A stretch of 42,827 nucleotides of DNA, taken from assembly GCA_003614675.1 (NCBI GenBank), contig ML002314.1, positions 1 through 42,827 of the forward strand, in the 5' to 3' direction. The DNA comes from Dimargaris cristalligena. Its lineage: Eukaryota. Position 1 is the first letter of the stretch; each line of letters starts with the position of its first letter. The notes beneath the pieces are model-generated. The model saw only the letters and a program-made list of their open reading frames with translations, ran no database searches and had not been told where the DNA came from. The translations under genes and the position numbers were made by a program. Positions 1 to 13,500 of this stretch are shown here, piece after piece.

Positions 1-1680
1 AAAAAACTAGATATACTAGACAAAAAAGCCGCTTCATACCTTATATATAAATATAATAATCAAATAGTAATAATTCATACCTGTGGCAGTCAAGGGGACA
101 CTCCACCTTGCCACACTGGCATGCTTGCTGTAAAGGTAGACCCATTGAGGGTTTTGGATTGGGGCCGTTGGGAGGCCTTAGAAACTATGTGCACCTATTG
201 CCAAGTATCTATACCTTACCATACAGATCTGCATCTGATTTTTTCATTTATTATTTAGTTCAATGATTATCTATTTAGTCCTTTATTTACATTCTATTTT
301 AAAGTATATTAAGCCTTCGGACAACTCCTGAGTAGAGAAGTTGGCATTTCCGAGTGGTAGGGTTATTGGGAATAGGTATCTATTATTGATAATTTGTTTT
401 AAAAAACTTATTATGTTAATAGAGGGGAAAGAAAATTTTTTCCATAAAAATATTACTTTCCCTGAAGTAGAAAGGAAAAATTTTCTAGCGAAAATTTGTT
501 TCTCCATCTTTCTCCTTCTTTTATTCCTTCCTACCAACCAACCCTATTAGTTTATTCCATTTTTACATTCAAAATTTATTCCCTGCTGTATTTCTTTATA
601 CACATGCATGACAACCTTTGTTTATTATAGACCATGGACTTGTCCATTGTGTGAAATAAGTATCACCAATAAAATAACAAACATCAATGGCATCTATTAA
701 TGATAATAAATATATAATTGTTGTATAATAATAACAACTTCTAAAAGGGAAAACTTAGGCTAGCAGTGCCAATTCCTTGGCTAATCACCTAAATATAGAT
801 GATGGTTTCAATAAAAGAGGAAAAATAAATAGGACAATGTCCAATACTACTATATCTGTTTGGCTATATCACAACATGGTAATTTTACTACTGTATATAT
901 TATATTAACATTGATGTATATATGTAGCACTATATTAATTTATCATATAGTTGAGGCATCCACTTATTTCATTCTATACCTAAGAACGGAGTTGGTGAGG
1001 CTATGGTTTATGATGCTGATTTTAGTGAAACACTTTCTGAACAGTTTGCTCTGGACCTTGAATAGGGCCATTGAGCTTCTTTAATTATTTTTTGCTGACT
1101 GATAGTCCCTGACCACCTCTGAACCCCAAGTGAACTGCACAGTGGTCCCTGTTAGCAGCTCATTTCACTACACTAGGACCACCATGTAGCCTACACCAAA
1201 TGTTGACTGTTCATTCAGCTATTTAGAAACACCTAAATAACCATACACCCCATAGCACCTCCACGTCACGAAGATACTACTATATTCATCAACCTGTGGT
1301 GTATATAAGCCATTCCAGCAAGGATATTTTTGCAATGGTGGTATATTGGTTTCATGTATATTGGATTCTTCGCGGGACTAGGATTTGCCTAGTTGGCACT
1401 GGGTATTTTTTACTAAGGTGGCCCCGCAGCATTGGGGTTGTAAGATTATATATAAGGGAGGAGCAGTGGGAAATTGGACAGAGTGTTAACAGTTTAAATA
1501 ATTAATGCTGCTACGGGGTAGCTGGAAAAGGATTGGAAACTATAGAAGGGGCTTCTTCCCTTACACCAAGGGAGTAATGGGAAAAAAGAAAATTGTAGAA
1601 ATAATGATGCTGATTATATATTTTTTGTTATTAGAAAAAAACAGAGATGTTAAAAGCGGAAATGCAAGGGTTGGATACAA

Positions 1681-3405
1681 TTAGTAATCGGCCCAGCCAG
1701 CCGTTTCAAGTCGGTCGGCTTTCTTCAACACATCTTTTTCCATTTGGTGCTGGTATTTGGCCATTTTATCCAAGTACTCGCTAATAAACGGGGCCAGCAT
1801 GCGTACCGCCAACAGGGCACCGTTGGTGGAGTTATTGATGGCTACGGTAGCCACGGGCACGCCGCGGGGCATCTGTACAATGGAGTAGAGTGAGTCCACC
1901 CCGTCGAGGGACGACCCCTTAATAGGCACCCCGATGACGGGAAGGGGAGTCATACTGGCTACCATACCGGGGAGATGGGCGGCTCCGCCCGCGGCGGCGA
2001 TGATAACTTTGATACCCCGCTTATGGGCGGTGCGCGCGTAGGTGCACAACCGTTCGGGAGTGCGGTGAGCGCTGACGATGGTGAGCTCAAACGGCACCCC
2101 AAAGTCCTCCAGGATCTGGGCGCCCGCCTTCATAGTGGGCAGGTCCGAATCCGACCCCATGATGACCCCAACGAGGGGGGCCACGGAACCTAGGGCCTGG
2201 TCGATTCGTTCGCTGTCACCCCCCGCCTCGGTGGGGCTGGCGGCCTTGAGAATGGAGCGCAAGCGGTTATGAACCTGGGTCATGCTTTGCCCCACGACGG
2301 TGATGTGGCCCATTTTTCGGCCGGGACGGCAGTCCCCCTTTCCGTAGGCGTGTATGGTGGCCCCGTCCACGGACAGCGCCGCCACACACGGTTTCATGGT
2401 TTCCACGTCGTCAGCATCGCCCAGAATATTGACCATAGCGGCCGCCCCGACCTTAAGGGCAGGCGAGCCTAAGGGACGCCCCATGATGGCCCGCAGGTGG
2501 TTTTCGAACTGGGACGTTTCACAGGCCTCGATGGTGTAATGGCCCGAGTTGTGGGGACGCGGGGCAATTTCATTGAGAAGCAGACCCCCGTCTTCCAGCA
2601 CGAACATTTCGACTCCGTAGATACCGGCCCCTTCGAGGGAAATGATGGCGGTTTCGGCAATCTTCTTGGCCCGGGCGGCCACGGTTCCGTCGATTTGGGC
2701 CGGGGCCAGGACGAGGTGACAGATGTTGTTGCGCTGCACGGTTTCCACCACGGGGTAGGAGCGCACTGAGCCGTCCCGACCGCGGGCGACCATGACGGCA
2801 ATTTCCTTGGCAAAAGGTACCCACTGTTCGACGTAGAGGGCCTGCTGGCTACCCTCGGGCTGCAGGGACCGCCAGGCCTGGGGAATGTCGGCTTCGGAAT
2901 GCACAGCGGCGTTACCCCGGCCGTCGTAGGCGAGTCGTTTGGCCTTGAGCATCAACGGATAACCAAACTGCTTACCGGCCTCCTTCAACTCATCCTCGTT
3001 TTTGACTTCCTGGAACGCCGGCAGGGGCACACCGTGGGCGTTGAGGTGGCGCTTTTGCTCGAATTTATCCTGGATGATTTTAATGGCCCGGGGCGAAGGG
3101 TGGATCTGCAGTTTCGGGTTTTCCTGCTTCAACCGAATGAGCTCGGCCACATTGACGTGCTCGATTTCGACGGTCAGAATATCGACCCGCTGGGCGAGTT
3201 CCCGGATTTTCTCGGCGTCCTGGAAGTTGCCCTGGATGTGCTGATCGTGGGCGGCCAATTGTTTGGCCGGACCCGAGTCCCCCTGATCCAGAATGCTCAC
3301 TTGCACGTTGAGGCGGTTGGCGGCTTCCACCAACATGCGGCCGAGCTGGCCCCCACCGAGAATACCAATGCGCGGAAGTTCCATATTGGCTTCGCTAGGG
3401 TTCAT
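1681..3405 (-). CDS. ADE2: Phosphoribosylaminoimidazole (AIR) carboxylase, fused PurK ATP-grasp + PurE
   Basis: Intronless 574-aa ORF. PurK motifs [37 protein letters not shown]. PurE motifs [33 protein letters not shown]. Confidence 0.98.
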   Translation of the reverse strand: MNPSEANMELPRIGILGGGQLGRMLVEAANRLNVQVSILDQGDSGPAKQLAAHDQHIQGNFQDAEKIRELAQRVDILTVEIEHVNVAELIRLKQENPKLQIHPSPRAIKIIQDKFEQKRHLNAHGVPLPAFQEVKNEDELKEAGKQFGYPLMLKAKRLAYDGRGNAAVHSEADIPQAWRSLQPEGSQQALYVEQWVPFAKEIAVMVARGRDGSVRSYPVVETVQRNNICHLVLAPAQIDGTVAARAKKIAETAIISLEGAGIYGVEMFVLEDGGLLLNEIAPRPHNSGHYTIEACETSQFENHLRAIMGRPLGSPALKVGAAAMVNILGDADDVETMKPCVAALSVDGATIHAYGKGDCRPGRKMGHITVVGQSMTQVHNRLRSILKAASPTEAGGDSERIDQALGSVAPLVGVIMGSDSDLPTMKAGAQILEDFGVPFELTIVSAHRTPERLCTYARTAHKRGIKVIIAAAGGAAHLPGMVASMTPLPVIGVPIKGSSLDGVDSLYSIVQMPRGVPVATVAINNSTNGALLAVRMLAPFISEYLDKMAKYQHQMEKDVLKKADRLETAGWADY

Positions 3406-4522
3406 AATCCGTAGGGAGAAGCGAGATTGTATAGTTCAAGGCGAAGGGGAGAGGGGTGTGCGAGAGAATCGGTCGTTGGAAGGCTGAATCGGTAGGGCCC
3501 AAGCAGCAGGTGAAAGAAACAAGTTAAATCGTAATAAATAAACCTGGAGCCAGTTGAGATGTCTGACTAGGGGGATTCTGAAACGGTTACAAGGAAATAG
3601 GACGAGTCAACTCAAACCTGAGCAAGGGAAGTAGTATTATGTATTAATTGTAGTAGTTGTAGTGGTTGGTGGTCCCACTGTACGCCGAGAGGGACAGTCG
3701 TATCTTATCCCAACAAAAGGGTCTTAAGAAAAGGGCGTGAGACAGATGTATATGGGGAAAATATCACTGTGGCATGAAACACCCATACACACCCGGCACA
3801 ATCCCAAGTACCCATCGAATGAGAAGATGGGGCAAAATGATATGGGGAAAGGGGAATGTAGTTCCTGCATAACAGTTTACAATAATATTCCGAGGGGTGG
3901 AAGGCTGCTTTGCTATTATCAACGACACCCCCCCAACCCCATAATTGCCACCAACAGGCCAACACTGTGTGCATACTCTGTGACTGGCACCCATCCTTGG
4001 GGCGTAGGTGTAGCAAATGATTCATGGAACCTCCAAGCCAGATATATAAGGATAATTGTATTACCGACAACCCCAAACACCAGTTAGTTGGAAAGTATGT
4101 GTAGGTTTTGCTAAATCTGATATGGGTATTATGTCTTCAGAGTTAAATGGTATTGCCAAGCTGAAAGGGGGAGGGGAGGCAAGGACGAGGGGAGAGTTTT
4201 GAATAATTCGGCCACAGGGCCCGGGAGATTTTTTTTACGCACTGCCACCAACACCGGTGGGCCATTGGGTAAAATGAGGTGCAGCCAGCAATAATGAACC
4301 AAGCAGAGTGGCCAGACAAATAAGAATGAATGATGAACGCAGTTGCACTGGGGACCCAGCCTATGATAGGCAAACCACAAAGGTCCCAGCAGAGAAAGAA
4401 GAGGGGGAATTGCCTTTGTGAGCACATTAACGAAGGAGGGAAAAAAGCGCTGTGGTATGCTTTTAGAGGGCCAACGACCAAACTAAAGGCCACCACCTTG
4501 TTGGCTTGGTCAACCAAAAGCA

Positions 4523-4666
4523 ATATGGATGAAATTCAAACTAGCTATATAAGGTTTTACATAATACATGTATGGGCGAACATATGTGAGAATAGCTTTT
4601 AACCAGTAATATTGGCCTAATCTAATGGATTTTTCGTTATACAGCCTGAATGAACTTCTCCCATAT
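4523..4666. mobile_element. 144-bp non-autonomous TIR element (MITE-like), copy 1
   Basis: Aligns end to end with 32688..32831 (same length). Ends ATATGGATGAAATTC and GAACTTCTCCCATAT are imperfect inverted repeats. Confidence 0.75.
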
Positions 4667-5192
4667 CCTCAACCGCTCATTCATTTGGCCATACTATTAA
4701 ATAGATCTTTGGAGATTTTAATGGTCGATTCACTAATGCGGATGCCGCTAAAGGAACTAAATATCGAATGAAACAATTTTAAAGAATAATGAGAGAATAT
4801 ATTACATAGTCCAGGGGGTAAAGTCAGAGCCGAAGTGGGAGATAAAGAGATAGAGAGGATGGACAAGCAAGGTGGGGCCTGGGGTCCACCCATAAGGCCG
4901 AAAAGAAGTACATACAAACATATCAAAAATATAAAGAATCTAGAGAGGTCGGATAGAAAAGGTCGAGGAATCGTGGCAGGATAACAGTGGGATGCATAAG
5001 TCGAAGGGAACAGAGGGTATAGAATAACAGGAATAATCCAATAGGGGAGTATAGTCGTAATAGATAGGTACCGAAGCTAGCAGTAGAAGTCAATGGGGTT
5101 AACTATTTTTCTAAAACTAATGAAATCAAAGGACGTTGGAAGATATACATAGTCGTAGATCGGATTGTTTTTTTTTGTGGAGAAAGAAGGAC

Positions 5193-6947
5193 TTAATGGC
5201 CGTAGTAGCTATAGTCCGTAGCGACATGGGACATCGGCTCCCCACCGGTCGGAGCGGGGGTCTGGCTGTACACATAGTCCTCGGGGTAGCCGTAGCCGTT
5301 GTTATGACTTGACCCACCCGAGATGCGGGGGTCGGGGGCAAAGTGCTGGAAGTTACCCTGCGAATCACCGAAAGACTCGTTAGGAGCGTAGCCCGAAGCA
5401 ACCGCGGGGTTGTTTTGGTAGCCCACGGCGGAATTCGAGTAGCCGGTCACGGCCCCGAAGGGTACCGCGGAGTTGGCCGAGGGGTTAGACTCGGCGGGCA
5501 TGCGCCGGCCCCAGGCATCCTGGCTACTGCCGGCGGGTACGCCGAGACCCTGGATATTCAAGCCACTCGAGGTGTTTCCATTGCCGCCCATCTTGGCGGA
5601 GGGGTCATGGCTGCCGTGTTCGGCAGCGAACATATCGCCCGAGCCCGAGGCCGAGGGGTGGGGTAGCTCGGCGTGACCTGGCAGTAGGTAGGCCGACGAA
5701 GGGAAGTGGGGGGCGGCAGGGTTAGGTCCGGACATGGCACCCCCGTGCGAAGACATCATCATGGGGGAAGAGTGGTAGGATGGGAAGGGACTGTACTGTG
5801 GGTACGACGGGTACGGTCCCGCGTTCATACCAATGTAGCGCTCGTCGAGCGACGAGGGGTGATCCATGAACGAATGCTGGGCGAACCGGTCGTGGGCGTG
5901 GGCATGGGCGTGGCTGTCGGCGTAGTGGCCGGGACTGCGACCGCGCACCACCAGGTTGACGGACTGGGTAGTGGCCACCTTGTGGCACTGGCCATTGTCG
6001 CACTTGGCGATGAGCTCCACCACCAGCACGTAGTACTGCTGGGCGGCGCGGCGCTTGCCGTTGTTGGCCGTGGCGGTCTTGAATTGAATACGTTCGTAGG
6101 TCACGATGCTGGAGTTGGAGCCCACTGAACTGATGCTCAGGTTACCTCCGGCGCGGATGGGCCGCGGTTCGGGAGTGGTCTGGGGGCCTTTGTCGCGCTT
6201 GGGGGTGTGTTGGATGAGGTCAATCTTTTTATCATTGTTGGACACCTTAGCGGTCAAGCCCACCATGAATTGGACCACGGGGTGAAACCGGCCCTCCACT
6301 TCGACCACGCAGGGGAGGTCGGCCTCGCCCATGGGGCCGATGGACCCGCCCAAGTTAAAGGCCGCGCTGACCTGGAAGTAGTTGCGGCGATAGCAGGTCC
6401 AGTCGTTGTCGGCCTGGAAGAAACCGCGGTCAATCTTGGCATTGACATTGGGGGTGTATTTGGCGGAGTGGTCGAGGCTGAACAGGTTGAGAATGTGCTG
6501 GGTGGGGCCGAAGAACGGGCCGGATTCGACACTGAAGGCCAGGGGGTCCGCGCGGCGTTTGCGCATGCCGCCGAAAGGCGAGGCACCGTACGGCGAGCCC
6601 ATGAAAGGCATGGGGTAGGGCGAGCTATCGGCCGGGTAGCGGCGGTCCGGAATGGGAATGGAACCCCGAATGGCCCCGGTGGATTCGAGTCGGGAAGTCG
6701 TGCCATAGGTACCGATGGCCGAAGCCGGGCGGGGGGGTTCCATAGCGTCGTGGCGGGGGGGAAGAGTGCCCATGTACATGGGCTGGTTGGCTAACGGCAC
6801 ACTGCCGCCCGGGGCCGCATTGCTCCCGTAGCCGTAACTGTCAATAAACTGGTCCTGAACTCCGCTAAGCTGGACCATCGAGTTGGCGGCATTGCCGGGA
6901 GTGGGCGTAGAAGGCACGCTGTTCCATTTGTTATCGTGGAGCATCAT
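5193..6947 (-). CDS. NDT80/PhoG-like DNA-binding transcription factor (~584 aa)
   Basis: NDT80-domain motifs IDRGFF, WTCYRRNYFQVS, LIQHTPKRDKGP, YERIQFKTATANNGKRRAAQQYY, VVRGRSPGHY, with low-complexity flanks. Start placed at the first ATG (6947, context gccgccaaaATG); the ORF-track start at 6983 is TTG. Confidence 0.93.
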   Translation of the reverse strand: MMLHDNKWNSVPSTPTPGNAANSMVQLSGVQDQFIDSYGYGSNAAPGGSVPLANQPMYMGTLPPRHDAMEPPRPASAIGTYGTTSRLESTGAIRGSIPIPDRRYPADSSPYPMPFMGSPYGASPFGGMRKRRADPLAFSVESGPFFGPTQHILNLFSLDHSAKYTPNVNAKIDRGFFQADNDWTCYRRNYFQVSAAFNLGGSIGPMGEADLPCVVEVEGRFHPVVQFMVGLTAKVSNNDKKIDLIQHTPKRDKGPQTTPEPRPIRAGGNLSISSVGSNSSIVTYERIQFKTATANNGKRRAAQQYYVLVVELIAKCDNGQCHKVATTQSVNLVVRGRSPGHYADSHAHAHAHDRFAQHSFMDHPSSLDERYIGMNAGPYPSYPQYSPFPSYHSSPMMMSSHGGAMSGPNPAAPHFPSSAYLLPGHAELPHPSASGSGDMFAAEHGSHDPSAKMGGNGNTSSGLNIQGLGVPAGSSQDAWGRRMPAESNPSANSAVPFGAVTGYSNSAVGYQNNPAVASGYAPNESFGDSQGNFQHFAPDPRISGGSSHNNGYGYPEDYVYSQTPAPTGGEPMSHVATDYSYYGH

Positions 6948-7522
6948 TTTGGCGGCAACACCGACGAGGGTAAGTGGGGCCAAGTAATAAGGACTTGAGT
7001 AGTGCGGGGGTAAAAAGCGGAGATGGTAAAGCGGGAAATCCTTGGGATTTACACAGAGGAAACGGTAATTCGAGGGAGCTTACTATTATTTTAAATATCT
7101 AAAAAAATAAAATAAAAACCCTCGAAAAGTAGGGAAACGATATAATTCGGGAATTGGGGAAAGTGCGGTACAGGAAATCAGTTCGGGCTGAACAAGACCA
7201 ATTACCGAAAAAGCCAAAGTCTAAATTTGAAGCGGAGAGAATGGAAATGGAGCCTTGACTAGCAAGGCTAACCAGCGGGAGCAGTAAAACGGAACGTCAA
7301 GAATGCAATGCAACAGCAATAAAGCCAAATATCGGGGAAAAGGTATACTCAATGAAGTACTAGTCCTACGACACTCGACCAATGGACAAAAGGCGGTAAG
7401 AAAGGTAATAAGTGACGGCGACGTATCCAACCGGTGGTAACAGGGATTTGGGTTAAGATTTTCGAACGTAACGAAGCAAAGAATGATATAAAAAAGCGAA
7501 AATACAAGTGCTGAGAGGCGTT

Positions 7523-7546
7523 AGAGAGAGGGGAGAGAGAGAGAGA
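7523..7546. repeat. Imperfect (GA)n/(TC)n tract upstream of the NDT80-like gene
   Basis: agagagaggggagagagagagaga read directly; pyrimidine-rich on the coding (-) strand. Confidence 0.7.
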
Positions 7547-10507
7547 ATAGAACTGATAGTTCAATGGTGTTGGTGTGACTCGGCCAAGGTGGTGCGAGGG
7601 AGGTGGCATTTATATGTTGCGAAACCGACCGGATGGCTGGGGGAGGACGCGACCGCACACAGAGGGCAGTACCGGCCGGCGGTGGCCCCTCTCAGCCGAA
7701 CACACCGCGCTCCACCAAAGGCACCACGGTCTGGCCCGCCAGCGTCGAAGCAAGGGTTGTACACTTTCGGAATACAGAATTATCGGGCAACCAATCAGCC
7801 CTATTCTTGAGCTCGCCTCTCTCCCCTTCTCTCCTCACATCCCTTTTCCTCGTCTCGGTCGTTTGTATTGGACACCCCTTTTCCCCCTTTATCCATCCCA
7901 GCCCGGGTCCCCCTTTTAGACGGGTGTCCCTCTTTTACCTCTCCAATCATCCCTGTTGGACTTGAAAGCTAGGCTCCGTTACCTTAGGCGGGGGGATTTT
8001 TGCTATACCCCTCCCCCCTTATTTGATACCTCGAATGGTACACATAACGGTAACCGCTAAAATTTAAGTATATATTACAGTGCCTCCTGCGGTAATAGCG
8101 GAATGGACGCGGTATTTGTGCTGTATAGCTGGTATTACCCTTCCCCAATCCCTCGATTATGAAACGGTGCTGGTGGCGAAAAGTTGGTACTTGCTGCACT
8201 CGCCTTTGGTTAGATTTCCTTTATTTTCAAACTGTCCTAATCTCGGCTTTACCCTCAGCCGATCCCATATTTCCATAATAATGCAGTATATGTGCTGCTA
8301 AACGAGAGTTTGAAATAAACCACCTAACCAAATGGTCTGTAAAGAGAAGCTGCACGATTACCCAGAGGTCGACCTGCAGGAGTGGGCAACTATATTTATT
8401 TTTTGCATGGGCCAGAGGAAGGGGTTTCAAAGAAACACTGGGAGGAGCGTTAATAAGCCCATTAGCATGAAACCAGGCCGCCGTATCGGATAAAAGTAGA
8501 TGCGTGGCCTTTAGTCTGCTATAGCCTGTCTCAAAGCGCCTTTCCATAATCCTACAAAGCCGAGAGGGCTTCGCGTTTGGAACATTCGGTGGCTGGGCAC
8601 CCCATTGTATAGACTGCCCTGCCTGCTTTTGGTAAGTAAAATATGATGCCTAGCTGCCTTGAACGACCTCCTGGGTATTACCCTACGGGCAGGGAAGAGC
8701 GCAACACATACCATATACAGCAGGCACTCACGAAGGGTAGCAAGGGCTAGTTCTCAGCCTCCTGAATCATAGAATCCCTTACGGAATATTCTTGAAACGT
8801 TAACGAGAAACCACTAAAGGGAATTTGCGAACACAGCCTCTCCCTTCCCCACTTCATTTTGTGTAGGCGATCATATTGATAGCATCAGCTTTTCATCAAT
8901 CAATTTTAAATTTAAGACGCTGCTCCCTACATCTAAACGGGTATGTCCAAAGGCTTATTGCCAGATTAAAAAAATCAGACAACTATACCAGGAGATGGCT
9001 TTTGGTGGCAACCCTCCTTCCCATATCACCCTAACTCCACCGTTCCCCGTACTCGCCCCGCCACATCCTTGCTAGAAGGGTAACACCGGCGATATCTAAC
9101 TCGGAGTTGACTTGCTGGCCCACCACCAGTGGCATGGCCAGCAGCGCCGCGCTACTCTGTGTTCTTTTCTTGACAATGCTCATTATACCCAAATGTCATA
9201 GGATGAATGTACCAAACCGGCATTTTTTTTGATACAAAAAGTATGGGTCATCCCTAAGCTGCCTTGGGCCGTCGATGAACAACAATTTCGAGGCACGTTA
9301 GTTTAGTCTATGTTAAAGGGCTAGCAAATTATTAAAAGGGAAGTAACACATTTAAAAGACGAGACTCGGGGGAAGACAGGGGGGTGCGTAAAGGGAACAT
9401 GCCATTAAAGAGCTCAAAGGAGACGGGGGCCCCAGACCCTACGAACCACTCCGGGAATGGTTGGACATCGGCCAACCAGTATACCTTAATGCCGCCACCC
9501 AAAGCTAGAATAGCTAGGGTGGTACTGCTGCTGCTGCGAACCTAGTCGGCTTGCAGATAAGGGGCAGCACTCACCTAATAATAGGCCCCAACCAAAGATT
9601 CGGACCTAGGGACAAAGGACCCTGACCATCGGACGATCGTTTCCCACCCTACGTTGCTTCATAGACTATGGTAGGTACCAAGGTCTTGGATTGGCTTTCC
9701 CCTGTCGGCATCAAACGAATATTGTAAGCCTAATGTAAAGTGGAGATCGCTCGACAATAACAGTTCGTACATTGTCCATACTGCCCTGGAAATCCGGCTG
9801 CTCTCGCATGCCTCGGAAACGAGTACTCGTCGGGTACTCTCGGTCACTCATTGCCCTTAGTTGTCGGCCTAGTTTAAACAGGGAGGGGGGCTCATACTAT
9901 AGTGGCATTTCCTCCCTCACCCCCCCTTTTTTTTATTATTTTAAAAATGCACCCCCTCTACTATTCTTCGGTCACTGCTGGTGCTTTTCATTGGTGACAA
10001 TGGCACGAAAATCAAAACGAGTACAAGGGAAGTGCAAGGTGTTACAACTAAATCATGGTAGTAGAGATTGCGGCCACCCACCCCATCCCCCTTTACTACC
10101 CTTGACCCACCACCCTGTTTGCCCTTTAAACCCAATTCGCCACTCCTAATTGACCGCAATGAATACTAGCTATCCTTCACACTTTCCATATGGATGCCTC
10201 CAGTGACGTTCATCGATTTTTTCATGTCATCTCGGATACGTATTCAACGGTTCACTCGATAGAGGGTGTCTATATAGGTGCAATATATGGCCAATACCTC
10301 GGGTGCAATCCTTCCCCTTCCGGGCTGCGAAGCCTTGCACCGGCTGGGGGCATCCGGTAACGATTATAAGGAAATAGGCTAACGACCTGTACAGTTAAAG
10401 CCACCCCAGTCCTTTACAATATCAGAGGCTAGCGGATGACCTGTGGCTGACCCCTCACCACTTCGTATCCGGCCTTACCTTGGTGTGGTTGAATAGCCGG
10501 TCGTCTT

Positions 10508-10529
10508 CTCTCTCTCTCTCTCTCTCTCT
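10508..10529. repeat. (CT)n microsatellite, ~11 units
   Basis: Read directly from the sequence. Confidence 0.9.
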
Positions 10530-13500
10530 TTTCACCCTTGATGTTCAAATGGTCGTTTCCGCGTGGTCATCTGGGATTCCACACTGACAATTCCTAAAAT
10601 GGCCGAATGGAAGTAGTTGGGCCAATCGCCCCTAGGCGGCCGTTTGGGAGGCCCAAGGTAACGCAGAGGGTTACACACATGGTCTTCAACCGCGTGAGGG
10701 TTCAGCGATAGGTTTACCGTTCCGCCCTTACCCTGCTCTAACCACCCCCTGGGCCAAGGCGTCCCATTCGCTCTAGCTGGCTACATTTTACTTCCATTTT
10801 TCCGCGGCAGCGGGTCGAATGATCTTTAGACACCCTCCCCTGTTTCATCATTACCACGCCGCTGCCCCCGCCGGCATTGCTGCGGGGATTTTGATGCTAT
10901 ACGGCAGGGTTTACCTACCCTTTAACGATCCGCAAATTATGAATGTATTTGCTTAAACCTACGGCACTTAATTCATGCGATACCCAGCCTCCTTCTCTAC
11001 CACTTTTTATCGCATGGGGCACTGTCCATCCAATACTATTAGGAATATTGGGCTAATCTGAACCGCGTGTTGAACAGTACGGGATCCCCAATCTGTCTTT
11101 GCAGTATTTATTAATGAGCAGTGTGATCGGATGGTCCCGGTTAATTGAAAATCCCCGACTCTTGGATAGGCTGAACCGATCGAATAAATGATTTAAAGGT
11201 ATTTATATAGGCATTTCTTTACTCCTCCAATCGTTAGTCACATATACCCCCTTTTCCGGCCTCCAATAACGAACGACTACTTTTGCGGGTCTGTGTTATT
11301 CTATATTTATGTTTTGAGTGTTTATGCCTATATCATACTCTTACAATGGCAGGCCTTCTCTACGCCAACTTTTTTTTTCGTCATTACATCCCCCGCTCTA
11401 TAGCCGGCTATTATTATTCGCAGGGCGATTTTGCAGTCTGTGTAACTGTTCTACTGTTCCCAGTGAAGTGCGACTGTCGAATTTATCCAGTGATCGAGGT
11501 GTCAAGGGCTGCATTGGACCTTTGGGGAGCAGTTGATGTAAGGGTGAAGCCCTTCTGCCCCCCCTTCCCTGTTTCCCTTCTCGGGTGAAAATCAGGGATA
11601 CGAGGTGATTATGGCGCTGTTCATTAGCCCATACACCTGCTGTCAACGGTATACAGTGGCCAGCAGTGTGTTAACTCTCACAACAGCAATCATGGGGCAT
11701 ATGGTATTGTTAGATACTTATCATTGAGCAAGGGCGTTTCAGGCTTTGAGAGAGGTATATCTATTTTTGACGAACCGCTGAAATCGGGCGAATGTTGTGG
11801 TTATTGGTGGTAACGGGTCAACCACACGCGGGCTGTTCGGACGGTGAGACCGCCTGCCCCTAAAATTGCGGGGTATAGGATAAGATACTCTGCCGCCCAA
11901 CTCATCCGCCGTTCCCCACAGATTACATTTTGCAACCGGAACAAACCCACAGACTCTCCTGAAGCTCGACAGTCCCACCGATTAGACATAATAGTAGGTA
12001 GCCATTAGATAATTAAGGAAGGGAGGGATATGCAGACATCGAGCGAGGAGGTTTCCATCCACAAGGCACGACTTTGTCCCTCCACTGTGCTGCAGGCTCG
12101 ACGAATTAGTCGGGCCACAGCCATGCTGCGAAAGTGCGACCGCACAAGGTCAGACACAACCTTTCGGCTATGATTGATATTCGAGCCAGCGAGGTTACCT
12201 ACGCACGCACATTGAGCTACCCCGCTCACTCAAGGCGCATGTAGCAGATTCCCAGCACTATGGGTTTTGTCCCTCCATCCCTCCCGTTAATCAGTAACTC
12301 TCCATAGCACAATCTTGAAATGTGGAGCTGAGCATGGCTTTACTGTCACGACCCATTTATGGTGTGTGGGCCGACAAGTTCCAGCTAATCATAAAGGGTG
12401 TTTCTTCACTAAGGCTTATTTTAAGGCAATACGTAAATAGCTTACTAGCTCTTGTAGCCCAGACTCTCGTACAACTTCCCCCTCTCCTCAAAAAAAAAAA
12501 GGTCAAAATAATCGCCGAAACCCAAACCACCGATTAATATATAATGATTAACGAACCGCAGTTTAACACATCACCTTTTAATAGGACGGGAGCACCCCAT
12601 TGGGGTTGGGGGGGTTTTGGTCCGGGCCGGTGAGCCAACTAGCTCGGAGGATATATGAATCTGTACTTTAACCAAGTTTGGCTAGTGGACCCTTTTTACC
12701 CGATGAAGCAACGATGGCCAACCAAGGAAAGGCGAACACTACCCCTGCCCTTGCTAGGTACACCAATGAATTGATTTGCCTTGCGATTAGGCTCAGCTAT
12801 GATGGCTAGTTCCAACAAAGGGCCACCCACCCCCAAGACCGACAACTAGGTGGAAAATATATTATGTGGTTCTCAATCGTTCTATATCGGCCAACGATAC
12901 TTGTGGAAACCCACCAGCGGCGCGTCGAGTCGGTGCTACAGTGGCGTATCCATCGTGTCACCTGTAGCTTGGAGGCGTCCTCGTTTGGCCAGGGGGGAGA
13001 AGGGAGGAGTGGAGGAGGGGAAGAGAGGTAGAGGAAAAGTGCCCATGGATAACCGGTACGATATGTCATGTAGTCATTATTGGCCTTTGGGGAAATAAGC
13101 AGAGCTCGGCCTAAATTAAGCACGGAAAAGACCCCGTTCAAATAAGATGTATTGAATCGTATTGTTTTGGTCAACACAAGACAGATTCCGCCTTTTACCA
13201 ATAGCCCCACCCCCATTTTAATTTTTTATATAGTAAACATGCCGGCTCCGTCCGCGCGGCATAACAATGCGCTTCCCCAACCCCTCTCTGGACCAAGAGT
13301 GAATGTGTAACCGTTCCGTGAGAAGAGCCAAGTATTGTGGAAAAACAGAGTAGAGGACAATACAAGTGAAGGATGGGCCTTGCTTGGCCCATTCCAACGC
13401 CCAAACAGGCTTAGTCGGCCGGTCTATCCGCCACTTCAGCATCATTGTGAAATCCACAAGCGATCCCTCGAATCGAGCCCGCCTCCTATCACGCGTATCT

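Noticed and set aside
1975-3487. Many antisense or alternate-frame ORFs over ADE2 (likewise over the NDT80-like gene, RSA4, SLA1 and QNG1)
   Set aside because: Shadow ORFs of GC-rich coding sequence with no recognisable motifs.
3705-4522. Overlapping 75-125 aa ORFs between ADE2 and the MITE
   Set aside because: No recognisable domain or transposon motif; could be decayed repeat but unsupported.
6948-6983. TTG-initiated N-terminal extension of the NDT80-like ORF
   Set aside because: Non-ATG start from the ORF finder; the ATG at 6947 has good eukaryotic context.
10000-10149. Short basic ORF MARKSKRVQGKCK
   Set aside because: Histone or ribosomal-protein resemblance stops after a few residues and no exon chain was found.
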